Assembly (NCBI RefSeq): GCF_009914755.1
Contig: NC_060943.1
Direction: 5' to 3' (one strand)
Source: the human T2T-CHM13v2.0 reference genome, Homo sapiens
DNA length: 64,000 nucleotides
Shown here one piece after another: positions 20,376-55,738 of this stretch. The position numbers were made by a program, and so were the translations under genes. The notes beneath the pieces were generated by a model. The model was not told the origin of the DNA, did not search any database, and saw nothing but the letters and a program-made list of their open reading frames with translations. Every line of letters begins with the position of its first letter. Position 1 is the first letter of the stretch.

Positions 20376-20933
20376 TAGTAAAGACGGGGTTTTGCCATGT
20401 TGGCCAGGCTGGTCTCGAACTCCTGACCTCAAGTGATCTGCCTGCCTTGGCCTCCCAAAGTGCTGAGATTACAGGCATGAGCCACTGTGCCCAGCCTACT
20501 GTGTTGATTCTTACAAAAGCTCTAGTACAAAAATAAATGTTCACGTTACCATGATGAAAAACTCAGGAATGGTGACTCCTCGATTCCTCTGAAAAACAAT
20601 TTTTTTTAACCCTAAGAGAAGCTAGGAAGTCTACAGTAAATGGCTGGAGGTGATCCCTGAGAGAACACATTTTAGTGGAAAAGGTCACTCATGGAAAATA
20701 CCAAAATTTATATGTAGCAGTTTAAATATACTACAGGAAACACTGCGATTACATTCTTCAGTTACCTCTATGACAGCATGATGGTTTTTTTTTAGGTAGG
20801 GTGTTTCTTTTTGGTTTTCTTTTAAAAAAGAAAACTGTAGGCTGGGCACAGTGGCTCACGCCTATAATCCCAGCACTTTGGGAGGCCAAGGTGGGCATAT
20901 CATGAGGTCAGGAGATAGAGACCATCCTGGCTA

Positions 20934-21186
<253 letters not shown>

Positions 21187-21311
21187 TCATAGAGATATCT
21201 TCCTAAATGTGCTACTAAACTTATATTTATATTTTCACCATTTCAGTGTGACTTCATTTTAATGCATGCTGTTATAAGGGTCTCAGTTGCTCTTCTCTGC
21301 AGGTCAATATC

Positions 21312-22345
21312 TGTTGCGGGAAGTCAGGGACACCAAATGGAGGGACCGGCTGGAACCGTGACAGAAGAACATAAATTATGAAGATTTCATGGACATTTAT
21401 CAGTTCCCAAAATTAATACTTTTATAATTTCTTACGGCTGTCTTCACTGCAATGTCTGAACATAAATTGTGAAGATTTCGTGGACATTTATCAGTTCCCA
21501 AATGATATTTTTATAATTTCTTATGCCTGTCTTTAATCTCTTAGTCCCGTTATCTTCGTAAGCTGAGAATGTACATCACCTCAGGATCACTATTGTACAA
21601 ATTGATTATAAAACATGAAATCAGTGCACCTTAAAAAAGAACAGAATAACAGCAATTTTCAAGGAACAAGGGAAGATAACCATATGGTCTGACTGCCTGT
21701 GGGGTCGGGCAGAATAGAGCCATATTTTTCTTCTTGCAGGGAGCCTATAAACGGATGTGTGAGTAGGAGAAATATCACTGAATTATTTTCCCAGCAAGGA
21801 ATACCCTGGGGAAGGAATGCTTTCCTGGGGGGTGGTCTATAAACAGCAACTCTGGGAGTGTCTGTCTTACGTGGTTGAGATAAAGACTGAAATACACACT
21901 GGTCTCCTACAGTACCCTCAGGCTTACTAGGATTGAGAAATTCCAGCCTGGTAAATTTTGGTCAGACCGGTTCTCTGCTCTTGAACCCTGTTTCCTGTTA
22001 AGATGTTTATCAAGACAATACGTGCACAGCGGGACATAGACCCTCATCAGTAATTCTAATTTTGCCTTTGCCTTGTGATCTTTATCACCCTTTGGAGCAT
22101 GTGATCTTTGTGACTTACTCCCTGTTCACACATCCCCTCCCCTTTTAAAATCCCTAATAAAAACTTGCTGGTTTTGTGGCTCAGGGTCGTCATCACGGTC
22201 CTACCAATATGTGATGTCACCCGTGGAGGCCCAGCTGTAAAATTCCTCTCTTCGTACTCTTTCTCTTTATTTCTCAGACTGGCCAACACTTAAGGAAAAT
22301 AGAAAAGAACCTACACTGAAATATTGGGGGCTGGCTCCCCCGATA
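21312..22345 (+). mobile_element. MER11 solo LTR (HERV-K HML-8)
   Basis: TGTTGCGGGAAGTCAGGGAC...GCTCCCCCGATA; 6-bp TSD AATATC at 21306-21311 and 22346-22351; AATAAA near 22156. Confidence 0.93.
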
Positions 22346-22439
22346 AATATCCAATTTTCCTAGCACCCTGTTGAAAAGACTTTCCCCATTCATGTATCTT
22401 GGCCTATTTGCTGAAAATCTATTAACGGTCAATGAAGGG

Positions 22440-23100
22440 TATCTTTATCTGTTTCTGCTGATATAATGAAATACTATAGATGGGGTAACTTATAAGGAAC
22501 AGAAATTGGCCAGGTGCAGTGACTCATGCCTGTAATCCCAGCACTTTGGGAGGCTGAGGTAGGTGGATCACCTGAGGTCAGGAGTTCGAGACCAGCCTGA
22601 CCAACATTGAGAAACCCCGTCTCTATTAAAAATACAAAATTAGCCGGTCATGGTGGCGCATACCTGTAATCCCAGCTACTCAGAAGGCTGAGGCAGGAGA
22701 ATCACTTGAACCCAGGAGGTGGAGTATGCAGTGAGCCAACATCACGCCATTACACTCCGGCCTGGACAACAAGAGCAAAACTCCGTCTCAAAAAAAAAAA
22801 AGAACAGAAATTTATTTTTCACAGTCCTAGATACTGGGAATTCCAAGATAAAGGTACTAGCATCGGGTGAGGGCCTTCCTCTTGGATCTTCTGGAGGGAA
22901 GAAATGCTTGCATCCTCACAGGGCAGAAGACAGAAGGGCAAGAGAGGGCAAACCCCATCCATCAAGCCCTTGTAGTGGCATTAGTTTATTCATGAGGGCT
23001 TTGCCAAAAGGCCAAAGGCCTGCCTCCCAAAACTGTTTCACTGGGGATTAAATTCTAACCTATGAATTTTGCAGGGGAAATAAGCATTCAAACCATGGCA
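22440..23100 (-). mobile_element. MST-type MaLR LTR with nested Alu (22508-22801)
   Basis: GAACAGAAATTTATTTTTCACAG...CATTCAAACCATGGCA. Confidence 0.7.
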
Positions 23101-23179
23101 AAGGGGATGATTTCTGGACTCTCAGTTCTGTCTTACTGATCTGTGTATCAGACATTTTTCCAGTAGGTCTGGCTACTAT

Positions 23180-25330
<2,151 letters not shown>

Positions 25331-26328
25331 GGCCGGGCATGGTGGCTCATGCCTGTAATCCTAGCACTTCGGGAGGCCGAGGCAGGCAGATCGCTTGAGG
25401 TCAGGAGTTCAAAACTAGTCTCGCCAACATGGTGAAACCCTGTCTCTACTAAAAATACGAAAAAGTTAGCCAGGCATGGTGGTGGGCACCTGTAATCCCA
25501 GGTACTTGGGAGGCTGAGGCAGGAGAATCGCTTGAACCCGGGAGGTAGGAGGATGCAGTGAGCTGAGATCATGCCACTGCACTTCAGCCTGGGCGACACA
25601 GTAAGACTCCATCAAAAAAAAAAAAAAAAAAAAAACTAACTAGTATATTTGGAGCATGTCATCAACAGGTTAAAAAAAATGCCATCACTTTTGACCAAAA
25701 GATAAGGTATTTCCAGGTGTGGTGGCTCAGGCCTGTACTCCCAGCCATTTGGGAGGCCAAGGTGGGAGGATAACTTCAGTCCAGGGGTTCGAGACCAGTC
25801 TGGGCAACATAGCAAGACCCTGTCTCTGTAAAAAAAAAAAAAAAAATTAGCTGAATGTGGAGATATGTCTCAGTAGACCTAGTTACTCAGGAGACAGAGG
25901 CAGGAGCATCACATGATCCCAGAGTTTCAAGGCTGCAAGGGGCTGATCATGCCAGTGCACTGCAGCCTGGGCAACAGACTGAGACCTTGTCTATAAAAAA
26001 ATAAAAATAGGTCAGGCACAGCGGCTCACGCCTGTAATCCCAGCACATTGGGAGGCTGAGGCAGCTGGATCATTCAAGGTTGAGAGTTCGAGACCAGCCT
26101 GGCCAATATTAAACCCCATCTCTACTTAAAAATACAAATATTAGCTGGGCATGGTGGTGGACGCCTATAATCCCAGCTACTCGGGAGTCTGAGACATGAG
26201 AACCACTTGAACCTGGGAAGCAGAGGTTGAGTGAGCCGAGATTGCACCACTCCTCTCCAGCCTGAGTGACAGAGTGAAACTGTGTCTTCGGAAAACAACA
26301 ACAACAAAAGAATATTATTCAGGCATAA

Positions 26329-26774
<446 letters not shown>

Positions 26775-27648
26775 TAGACTAGACGTCATCAGGGATTGAG
26801 TGTAGAGAAGGGAAGTTGTTTTTTAATGGGTACTGAGTTTCTGTGTGGAGCGATGAAAATCTAGAGATAATTAGCTGTAATGGCTATAACACATTGTAAA
26901 TGTATTTAATGCTCCTGAATGACACACTTAAAAATGATTAAAGTGGAAATTTTATGTTAGTACATGTTACTTCAAGACAATTTATGAACAAAAGAAAAGA
27001 CACAATTCAAGCTACTATATATGAACACAACAATATCTAGAAGCACTGGATGGAGGTTGGTGTGGTGGCACATGCCTCTAGTCCCAGCTACTCAGAGCCT
27101 GAGGTGGAAGGATCGCTTGAACTCAGGAATTCAAGCCCAACAGGGGCAACTAGTAAGACCCTGTCTCTTAAAAAATAATAATAATGATAATAATAATAAT
27201 AATAATGCACTGAATGGACAAAACAGCAGAGGAGATATTGCTGAAATAAAGATAAGTGAACCTCAAAAACTAGGAGTATAACCGATTTAAAATATAGCAC
27301 TCAGACAAAAAAATGAACAGAACCTCAGTGAGCTGTGTAATGGGACAATTGTACAAGGACTCCTTGAAAGACAGGAGTAAAAACAGAACAAACAAAAAAT
27401 ATTTCCATAAATATTTCAGGCCGAGCACAATGGCTCAGGGGTTTATTGAGCTTTTTGGATCTCTAGGTTTATAGTTTTCATCTAATTTGGAAAATATTTG
27501 CTGTAATCCCAGCACTTTAAAAGGCCGAGACAGGCAGATCATGAGGTCAAGAGATTGAGACCATCCTGGCCAACATGGTGAAACCCTGTCTCTACTAAAA
27601 ATACAAAAATTAGCTGGGCATGGTGGCACGCGCCTGTAGACCCAGCTA

Positions 27649-27819
<171 letters not shown>

Positions 27820-29574
27820 TTACACAGGAGTTTGAGACCAGCCTGGGCAACATGGTGAGACCCCATCTCTACAAAAAAAATTAAAAATTAGCCAGATTGC
27901 CGGGTGCGGTGGCTCACACCTGTAATCCCAGCACTTTGGGAGGCCGAGGCGGGCGTATCACGAGGTCAGGAGATCGAGACCATCCTGGCTAACACGGTGA
28001 AACCCTGTCTCTACTAAAAATACAAAAAAATTAGCTGGGCTTGGTGGCAGGCCCCTGTAGTCCCAGCTACTCAGGAGGCTGAGGCAGGAGAATGGCGGGA
28101 ACCCGGGAGGCAGAGCTTGCATTGAGCCGAGATCCCGCCACTGCACTCCAGCCTGGGCAACAGAGTGAGACTCCGTCGCAAAAAAAAAAAAAAAATTAGC
28201 CAGGCATGGAAGCTCACACCAGTGGTCCCATCTACTCAGGAGGCTGAGGTGGAAGGATCACTTGAGCCTTGGAGGACGAGGCTGCACTGAGCCATATTCA
28301 TGCCACAGCACTCCAGCCTGGGTAACAGAGTGAGACCCTGTCTCAAAACAAACAAACATTTGTCGCATATTTTCCAAAACAGATAAAAATTATGAACCTA
28401 CAGATGCAAAATGCTCAACAAACCACAGGCACAATATATATCAACAAATCTACACCAAGACACAGCATCAAATTGCTGAAAACCAGGTATAATAAAAAAT
28501 TCTTTAAAGAAACCAGAGAAAATAGACACCTTAACAACAGACAACCAAATGTAACATTGATTACATACTTATTATCAGAAACAATGCAAACAGGAAGACA
28601 ATGGAGTAACATCCTTAAAGAACTAAAAGAACAAGGATATCAACAAAGAATCTTATATTGAGCAAATAATATCTTTCCAAATGAATGGAAAATACTTTAT
28701 TTAGTCATAATAAATGTGTTTGCAATCAGCATATTGGCTCATTGAGAAAGGTACAGCCGGGTGTGGTGGCTCACGCCTGTAACCTGAGCATTTTGATAGG
28801 CTGAGGTGGGTGGATCACCTGAGGTCAGGATTTCAAGATCAGCCTGGCCAACATGGTAAAACCCCATCTCTACTATAAACACAAAAATTAGCTAGGTGTG
28901 GTGGCGCATACCTGTAGTCCCAGCTACTTAGGAGGCTGAGGCAGAAGAATCACTTGAACCCAGGAGGCGGAGGATGCAGTGAGCCAAGATCGTGTCACTG
29001 CACTCCAGCCTCGGCGACAGAGTGAGATTCCGTCTCAAAAAAATAAAGGTCCAGCTGGGTGCAGTGGCTCATGCCTGTAATTGCGACACTTTGTGACGCC
29101 GAGGCGGGAGAATTGCTTGAGTCCAGAAGTTCAAGACCAGCTTGAGCAACACGGCAAGACTCCATCTCTACAAAAAAATTAAAATGGCATGGTAGTATGT
29201 GCCCGTCCAGATCACTGAATCCGTAAAAAAAGAAAAACAGGCCAGGTGCGGTGGCTCATGCCTGTAATCCCAGCAGTTTGGGAGGTCGAAGCAGGCAGAT
29301 CACCTGAAGTCAGGAGTTCGAGACCAGCCTGACAAACATGGTAAGATCCCATCTCTACTAAACATACAAAAATTAGCTGGGCGTGGTGGCGGGCACCTGT
29401 AATCCCAGCTACTCGGGACGCTGAGGCAGGGGAATCACTTGAACCCGGGAGGTGGAGAAAGCAGTGAGCCACGAGATCATGCCATTGTACTCCAGCCTGG
29501 GTGAGACAATGAGATTCCATCTCAAAAACAAAGGAAAACAAAACAAAAACCAAACAAACAAAAACCAAACTGGC

Positions 29575-29980
29575 TGTCTTACTACTGGGGTGGCTGAGTA
29601 AGTCCTCTAAACTACTATTCCTATCAAATGGTCCTTGGACACACCCTTAGAGTTTTCTCTTCCCAAGATGATTTTTCATCTTGGTAATATGGATAGACTG
29701 GGAATTTTCCAAATCTTTTTGTTTCAGTTCCATCTTAATAATTCCATCTCCAGTCAAGTCTTTCCTCACATTAGTATATGCAGTCAAGAGGAACCAAGCT
29801 GCCTTTTTCAACACTTCTTAGAAATGTTGTCAACTCAATATCCAATTTCATCACTTCCTAGTTCTACTTTCCACAAAACTAGCACAGGACCACGATACAC
29901 AAAGTTCTCTGCCACTTTATAAGAAGAAATCAACTTTTCTCCATTGTGTAATAACATTAACCTCAATTCTCTTTTTACAT
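29575..29980 (-). mobile_element. Old MaLR (MLT1-like) fragment
   Basis: Weak resemblance to recalled MLT1 sequence. Confidence 0.4.
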
Positions 29981-30375
29981 ATATTTTAGTTTGTTTCAGA
30001 AACAGGGTCTCACTCTCTCTCCAGCCCAGGCTGGAGTGCAGTAGCATGACCTAGCTTACTGCAGCCTTGAACTCCTGGGCTCAAGTGATCTGGTGACCTC
30101 AGCCTCCCTGGTAGCTATGACTACAGGCATATACCACCAAGCCTAGCTAAATTTTCCTTTTTTCTTTTTTTGTAAGGATGAGGTCTCACCATGTTGCCCA
30201 GACTGGTCTTGAACTCCAGGCCTCGGTTGGGCATGGTGGCACACACCTGAAGTCCCAGCTACTTGGGAGGCCTGAGGCAGGAGGATCTGTTGAGCTTAGG
30301 AGTCGGAGGTGGCAATGAGCTATAATCACGCCACTGCACTCCAGCCTGGGCAACAAATTGAGATCCCCATTTCCA

Positions 30376-30486
30376 GGAAGGAAGGGAAAGGAGAGGAGGG
30401 GAGGGGAGGAAGAAGAGAAGAGAAGGGAAGGGAAAGGGGAAGGAGAAGGGGAAGGGGAAAAGGAAGAGGAAGGGGAAGGGGGAAAA
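30376..30486 (+). repeat. Polypurine (GGGAAG/GGAGA) tract forming the tail of an Alu half element
   Basis: About 110 nt of G/A only. Confidence 0.9.
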
Positions 30487-30689
30487 TCCAAGCCTCAAGC
30501 GATCCTCCCATCTTGGCCATTCAAAGTACTGCCATAACAGGCATGAGCGACCATGCACATTCCACTTTCATTTTTGAGGATCCACTCTCATAATCTAACC
30601 TAATCCTTATCATATCTCAAAGAAACCATTGCCTAATACTGCCACATCAGGGAAGTGGAAAAATAAATAAAATTTTCTACAAACATTTA

Positions 30690-31640
<951 letters not shown>

Positions 31641-33411
31641 ATATAAAAAAATAAAAAATGTTAAAAAATGGCTCCTAAGAAGGAATCAAGTGGTCAAACC
31701 TATCCCTAAAAGGCTAGCAGGGGACAAAAAGTGGTATCTCTCAATAAGAAAATACAAACCTAAGATGTTTTGAAAAGTGGTGTATCACCTTGGAAAGTTC
31801 GTCATAAGGTAAGAACAAACCAAGAAATCACACACTAAAGCAGAGAGAAGCTGAAGTTCCTCAAAGTGTTAGAGCTGCCCCTACAGTGGCAAAAATGATC
31901 CCTCTAGTTCATGATAAACTAAGGATAAGCATTAAGTGTGTGGCTAGAGGACACGTCACAGAACCACAGCCCTACTGATGGTAACATCATACTTGAAAAA
32001 ACACTTAGCCAGGCCAAGCGCAGTGGCTCACTCCTGTAATCCCAGCACTTTGGGAGGCCAAGGCGGGTGGATCACAAGGTCAGGAGTTCGAGATCAGCCT
32101 GACCAACATGGTGAAACCCAGTCTCTACTCAAAAGACAGCTGGGTGTGGTGGCGCGCACATGTAATCCCAGCTACTCAGAAGGCTGAGGCAGGAGAATCA
32201 CTTGAACCCGGGAGGTGGGGGTTGCAGTGAGCCAAGATCACGCCACTGTACTCCAGCCTGGGCGACAGAGCAACACTCCGTCTCAAAAAAAAGAAAAAAA
32301 AAAAAGAAGGAAAGAAAGAAAAGAAAACAAAAAACACTTAGCCTCTGTAAGCATCACTGTGAGGGGGCTGAGGAGAGCAAGAGGAAGGAGTTTGAAGCCA
32401 GTAAGTTCTGGCTAGGCTAACTATGCAACACAGTGCAGCCCAAGAACTTGAAGACCACAGGAGAATTGGCATCGGCTGATGCCAGGGAAACAACAGCATT
32501 CCTAGAAGAGCTCATAAAACAGAAAAAAGACACTACCTTCCAGAGTAAATCTTCTATTGTCATGAATCAGGCATGTTCTAGAAGATGCCCAATGGTACCT
32601 TCATACATGAGTGCAGGTACTGGGGTTCAAGGCCTGGAAAGACCACCTTTTTCTGGTGCTGTCAGGCCATGCATTAGTTCATGAGAACAAGCGAGGCTTC
32701 GTCTACTGAGCAATCACCAGGTTCTTTAGGACAAAAGCAAAACTTGCTGGCCTGTGTCCTGGCAAGAACATAAGAAGGCTTTCTTCTAGCAATGCTTCAC
32801 TCCTGATGTGATGGAATACCTCAAAGAGAAGGGACTGCCACTCAAGGTCTTCCTCAGAATTGACAACACTCCAGGCCATCTCTCCAATCTCTGTTTTGCC
32901 TAAAAGAACATGCAAGTGATATTTCTGCCTCCTAAAACTACATCACTGCTGCGTCACTAGATCAAGGCATCAAGTGCATTCAAGTGACTTACATCCTTGG
33001 GTGAATTCATGGAGTCTTGATGCTAACCTTGAATGTACCACAGTGGTTTTATTGAAGAGCTTCACAATTACAAATACAATTGTGCTTATTGGGAAGGCTA
33101 CAGATGCCCTAAAGCCCAGGACAGCCAATACATGTTACAAGCCATCATGGGGTAAGGGAGTCAATGATTTCAAGGACTTCCCTACTATTAATGCAGTTAT
33201 TAAGAATATGTGAAATGTTGCAAAAAAAGTTGGTGGGGAACGCTGTCTGAAATGACTGAGGATGACGTTAAGGAACACACCGAAAAGCAAAGAGAAACCC
33301 TTACCAGCTAGGAACTTCAAAGTCTGCTGAAATCCACTACAGATGATGATGAGCTAGAAAACTTAGAAGACACAGAGCCATTGATTTGGACACTTGAAAA
33401 GTTTGCCACAG

Positions 33412-33796
33412 TTTTTCAGTAGGCAAAGGTGAAAAAGAGGTACGATCCTCAAAGATCCTATAATGGAACAAAGCTTTCAATCTACCTGAGAAACAACAAC
33501 ATGCCTATAAGCACCACAAGATTTTTTTTTTTAATGAAGCAAAGGAAAAGAAGAACTAGCTTCCTATAGCTAAGCATCTGCAAATAAGACGGAACATTCA
33601 ATGGTTTTTTCAGTAGGCAAAGGTGAAAAAGAGGTACGATCCTCAAAGATCCTACAGTGGAACAAAGCTTTCAATCCACCTGAGAAACAACATGCCTATA
33701 AGCACCACAAGATTTTTTTTTTAATGAAGCAAAGGAAAAGAAGAACTAGCTTCCTATAACTAAGCATCTGCAAAGAAGATGGAACATTCAATGGTT
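33412..33796 (+). repeat. Tandem duplication, 2 x about 194 bp
   Basis: TTTTTCAGTAGGCAAAGGTG...GGAACATTCAATGGTT at 33412 and 33606. Confidence 0.95.
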
Positions 33797-34125
33797 ACAG
33801 ATCTTCAGCCCTCAAGCCAAACAGATCCTAACATTAGTATTACATAGCCTCCTCAAATGAGTCCACATCTATAATCACAAGTTGGTTCTTCCAACATAGA
33901 TGATAGTCCTGATGGCCTGTCAAGATTCAAGTTAACCTGATGTCTCACTACTTACCCACAATGCCATACATCTAGTCATCTCAACACATCAAAACACTGG
34001 GCACCACAGAATCATCATCATTGTTATAATCACTATACTTGGGTTATCAAGAGAGAAGACCCAGGGTTTTGGTAAGTGTTAACACATTAAACAGAAGAAA
34101 TAGGTGAGAGTTGAAACAAAGAAAC

Positions 34126-34131
34126 TTTAAT
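34126..34131 (-). terminator. Candidate ZNF443 polyadenylation signal ATTAAA
   Basis: Plus-strand TTTAAT about 425 nt past the stop; not confirmed by transcript data. Confidence 0.4.
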
Positions 34132-34554
34132 GTTCTGGCTGACTACACTATGTTGATAGGCTCACAATTACTGCATCTATACTGAAAATACATAGACTCT
34201 TTTCCTTATCATGATTCCCTAAACAATACAATAGAACAACTATTTGCATAGCTTTTATAATGCATGAGGTATTTTAAGTAATCTAGACATAATTGAGACT
34301 ATACAAGAGGATGTGGGTAAGTTACATACAAACATGTCATTTTATAAAAGGGACTGGACATGGCTCACGGAGTGCTGGAACCAATACCCAGCAGGTATCA
34401 AGGGATGACTGTACTGGAAAGAAACTGAAACTACTTAAGGCTTTACCAAGTGCTTACATTCACAGGGTCTATCTCCAATGTGTTTCGTACAAGTATCTGA
34501 AATGAAATAAAATTAATAAATGCTTTCCCACATTCCATACATTTAGAGAGAATG

Positions 34555-45316
<10,762 letters not shown>

Positions 45317-46099
45317 TTCCCGACTTCCGCGGTGTCCCAGGTCCTACCGACAGCTCCCGCTGCCAATGCGTGTTCCAGCCAGACAAAGGCTGCCTCAGAA
45401 CTTCCAGGTCGTCTCTCAGCTACAGAACCCAGAGCCGAGCGCAGGTGGGTGGAGCAGACGCCGCGGGCTTTTTCAACCACACACACTTCTCTGGGCAGTG
45501 CCTGATTGACAGTTCCCACGAACCCGCCCCACGCCCCTGATTGGATAGGGCGTCAGGTCCCGCCCCCTGAGGGCTGATTGACAGAAGAAGCGATCTTGCA
45601 CAGCTGAGTGGAGCCGGATGAGCAAGTTCCTGACACAGCCCTTGGCAGGGGGGGCTTCCTCCCTGCTCTTTGATCTGAATCCTCCCGGGTTATATTTGCA
45701 CTTAAGCGGAATTTCCTGCCCGTACTCAATAGGACCTCCTGCTTCTTCCTCCTGGACACGGACTGACAAACTAATTATATCTTTTTTTTTTTTTTTCCTC
45801 GAGAGGGAGTCTTGCTCTGTCGCCCAGGCTAGAGTGCAATGGTGCGAGGCTCACTGCAACCTTCGCCTCCTGGGTGGGTTCAAGCAATTCTCCTGCCTCA
45901 GCCTCCCGAGTAGCTAGGATTACAGGCACGCGCCACCACCCGGCTAATTTTTGTATTTTTCAGTAGAGGCTGGGTTTCACCATGTTGGCCAGGCTGGTCT
46001 CAAACTCGTGACCTCGTGATCCGCCTACCTTGGCCTCCCAAAGTTCTGGGATTAGAGGCGTGAGCAACTGCGCCTGGCTCCAATTATGCTCTTTTTCAA

Positions 46100-54990
<8,891 letters not shown>

Positions 54991-54991
54991 T

Positions 54992-55590
54992 TGTTGGTAG
55001 AAGAGCTGAGGCAGGACTGGCTTATCTGTCATAATATAAAAGAGTCTTGGAAGATGTCTGGGGTCCAGGGTCTAAAACCCCTCGTGGCCTTTGGAACACC
55101 AAACTCTGTGCCAAGGGGTGGAAGGCTGCCCTGCCGCACCACAAATCTAAGCCCAGGGCATAAAACCCCTCATGGCTTGGATGGAATCCAGGGCTTAGGG
55201 CATAAAACCCCTCGTAGCCTCTGGAATGTGCACAGACTTGTTGGTTGCTCTCCCAGGTTCGTAAACATGTTCTCTATTATCTCCAAGCAGCAGAGCATAT
55301 TATATATGCATCAAAGAAAATGCTAAACCATCACAGATACGCTTGATGCACCACTACCTTTCTAACCTCACACCCTCACCTGTTTACCCCTACGTCCTCA
55401 AGACCTGCTTCTTTGTTTGATCACCAATAAATAATGTGGGCTCCCAGAGCTCAGGGCCTTCGCAGCATCCATACCAGCGTTGGCCCCCTGGACCCACCTT
55501 ATGCACTCTTAACTTGTCTTTTCTCATTCCTTTGACTACGCTGGAGTTTGTAGCCCCCACGGCCTGGTGTTGGGTCTGATCACCCCAACA
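54992..55590 (+). mobile_element. MER9 5' LTR of HERV-K(HML-3)
   Basis: TGTTGG...CACCCCAACA; GGGTCTAAAACCCCTCGTGGCC motif; AATAAA near 55426. Confidence 0.88.
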
Positions 55591-55594
55591 TTTC

Positions 55595-55612
55595 TGGCAC
55601 CCAACGTGGGGC
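55595..55612 (+). other. Primer binding site for tRNA-Lys(CUU)
   Basis: TGGCACCCAACGTGGGGC, one mismatch to TGGCGCCCAACGTGGGGC. Confidence 0.9.
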
Positions 55613-55738
55613 TACGAACACTCCGGTGAAGGAACACTAGAGTGTGCGGAAGCGGAGGACACATTGTCAGAGGACACCCAAGGACGACTGAAAGAAGCTT
55701 GGTGGGTAAGCTGAGCACTCAGAAGAACCAGGTTAACA

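Larger units (their letters stand above)
31650..34411 (+). mobile_element. Tigger/pogo-type DNA transposon fossil: decayed transposase plus MER2-type terminus and TA target
   Basis: ATG 31668 MAPKKES...; ALSVWLED...DGNII-EKTLSL...FEASKFWL; KNLKTTGELASAD; LKVFLRIDNTPGH; IFLPPKTTSLL. End ...GGAACCAATACCC...AGGGATGACTG|TA. Alu 32012-32328 nested with TSD AAAAAACACTTAGCC. Confidence 0.85.

Noticed and set aside
21367-21532. Internal 91-bp direct repeat
   Set aside because: Part of the normal MER11 LTR structure as I recall it
31668-33400. Domesticated TIGD-like gene
   Set aside because: Early stops, frameshifts and an Alu insertion in the transposase frame
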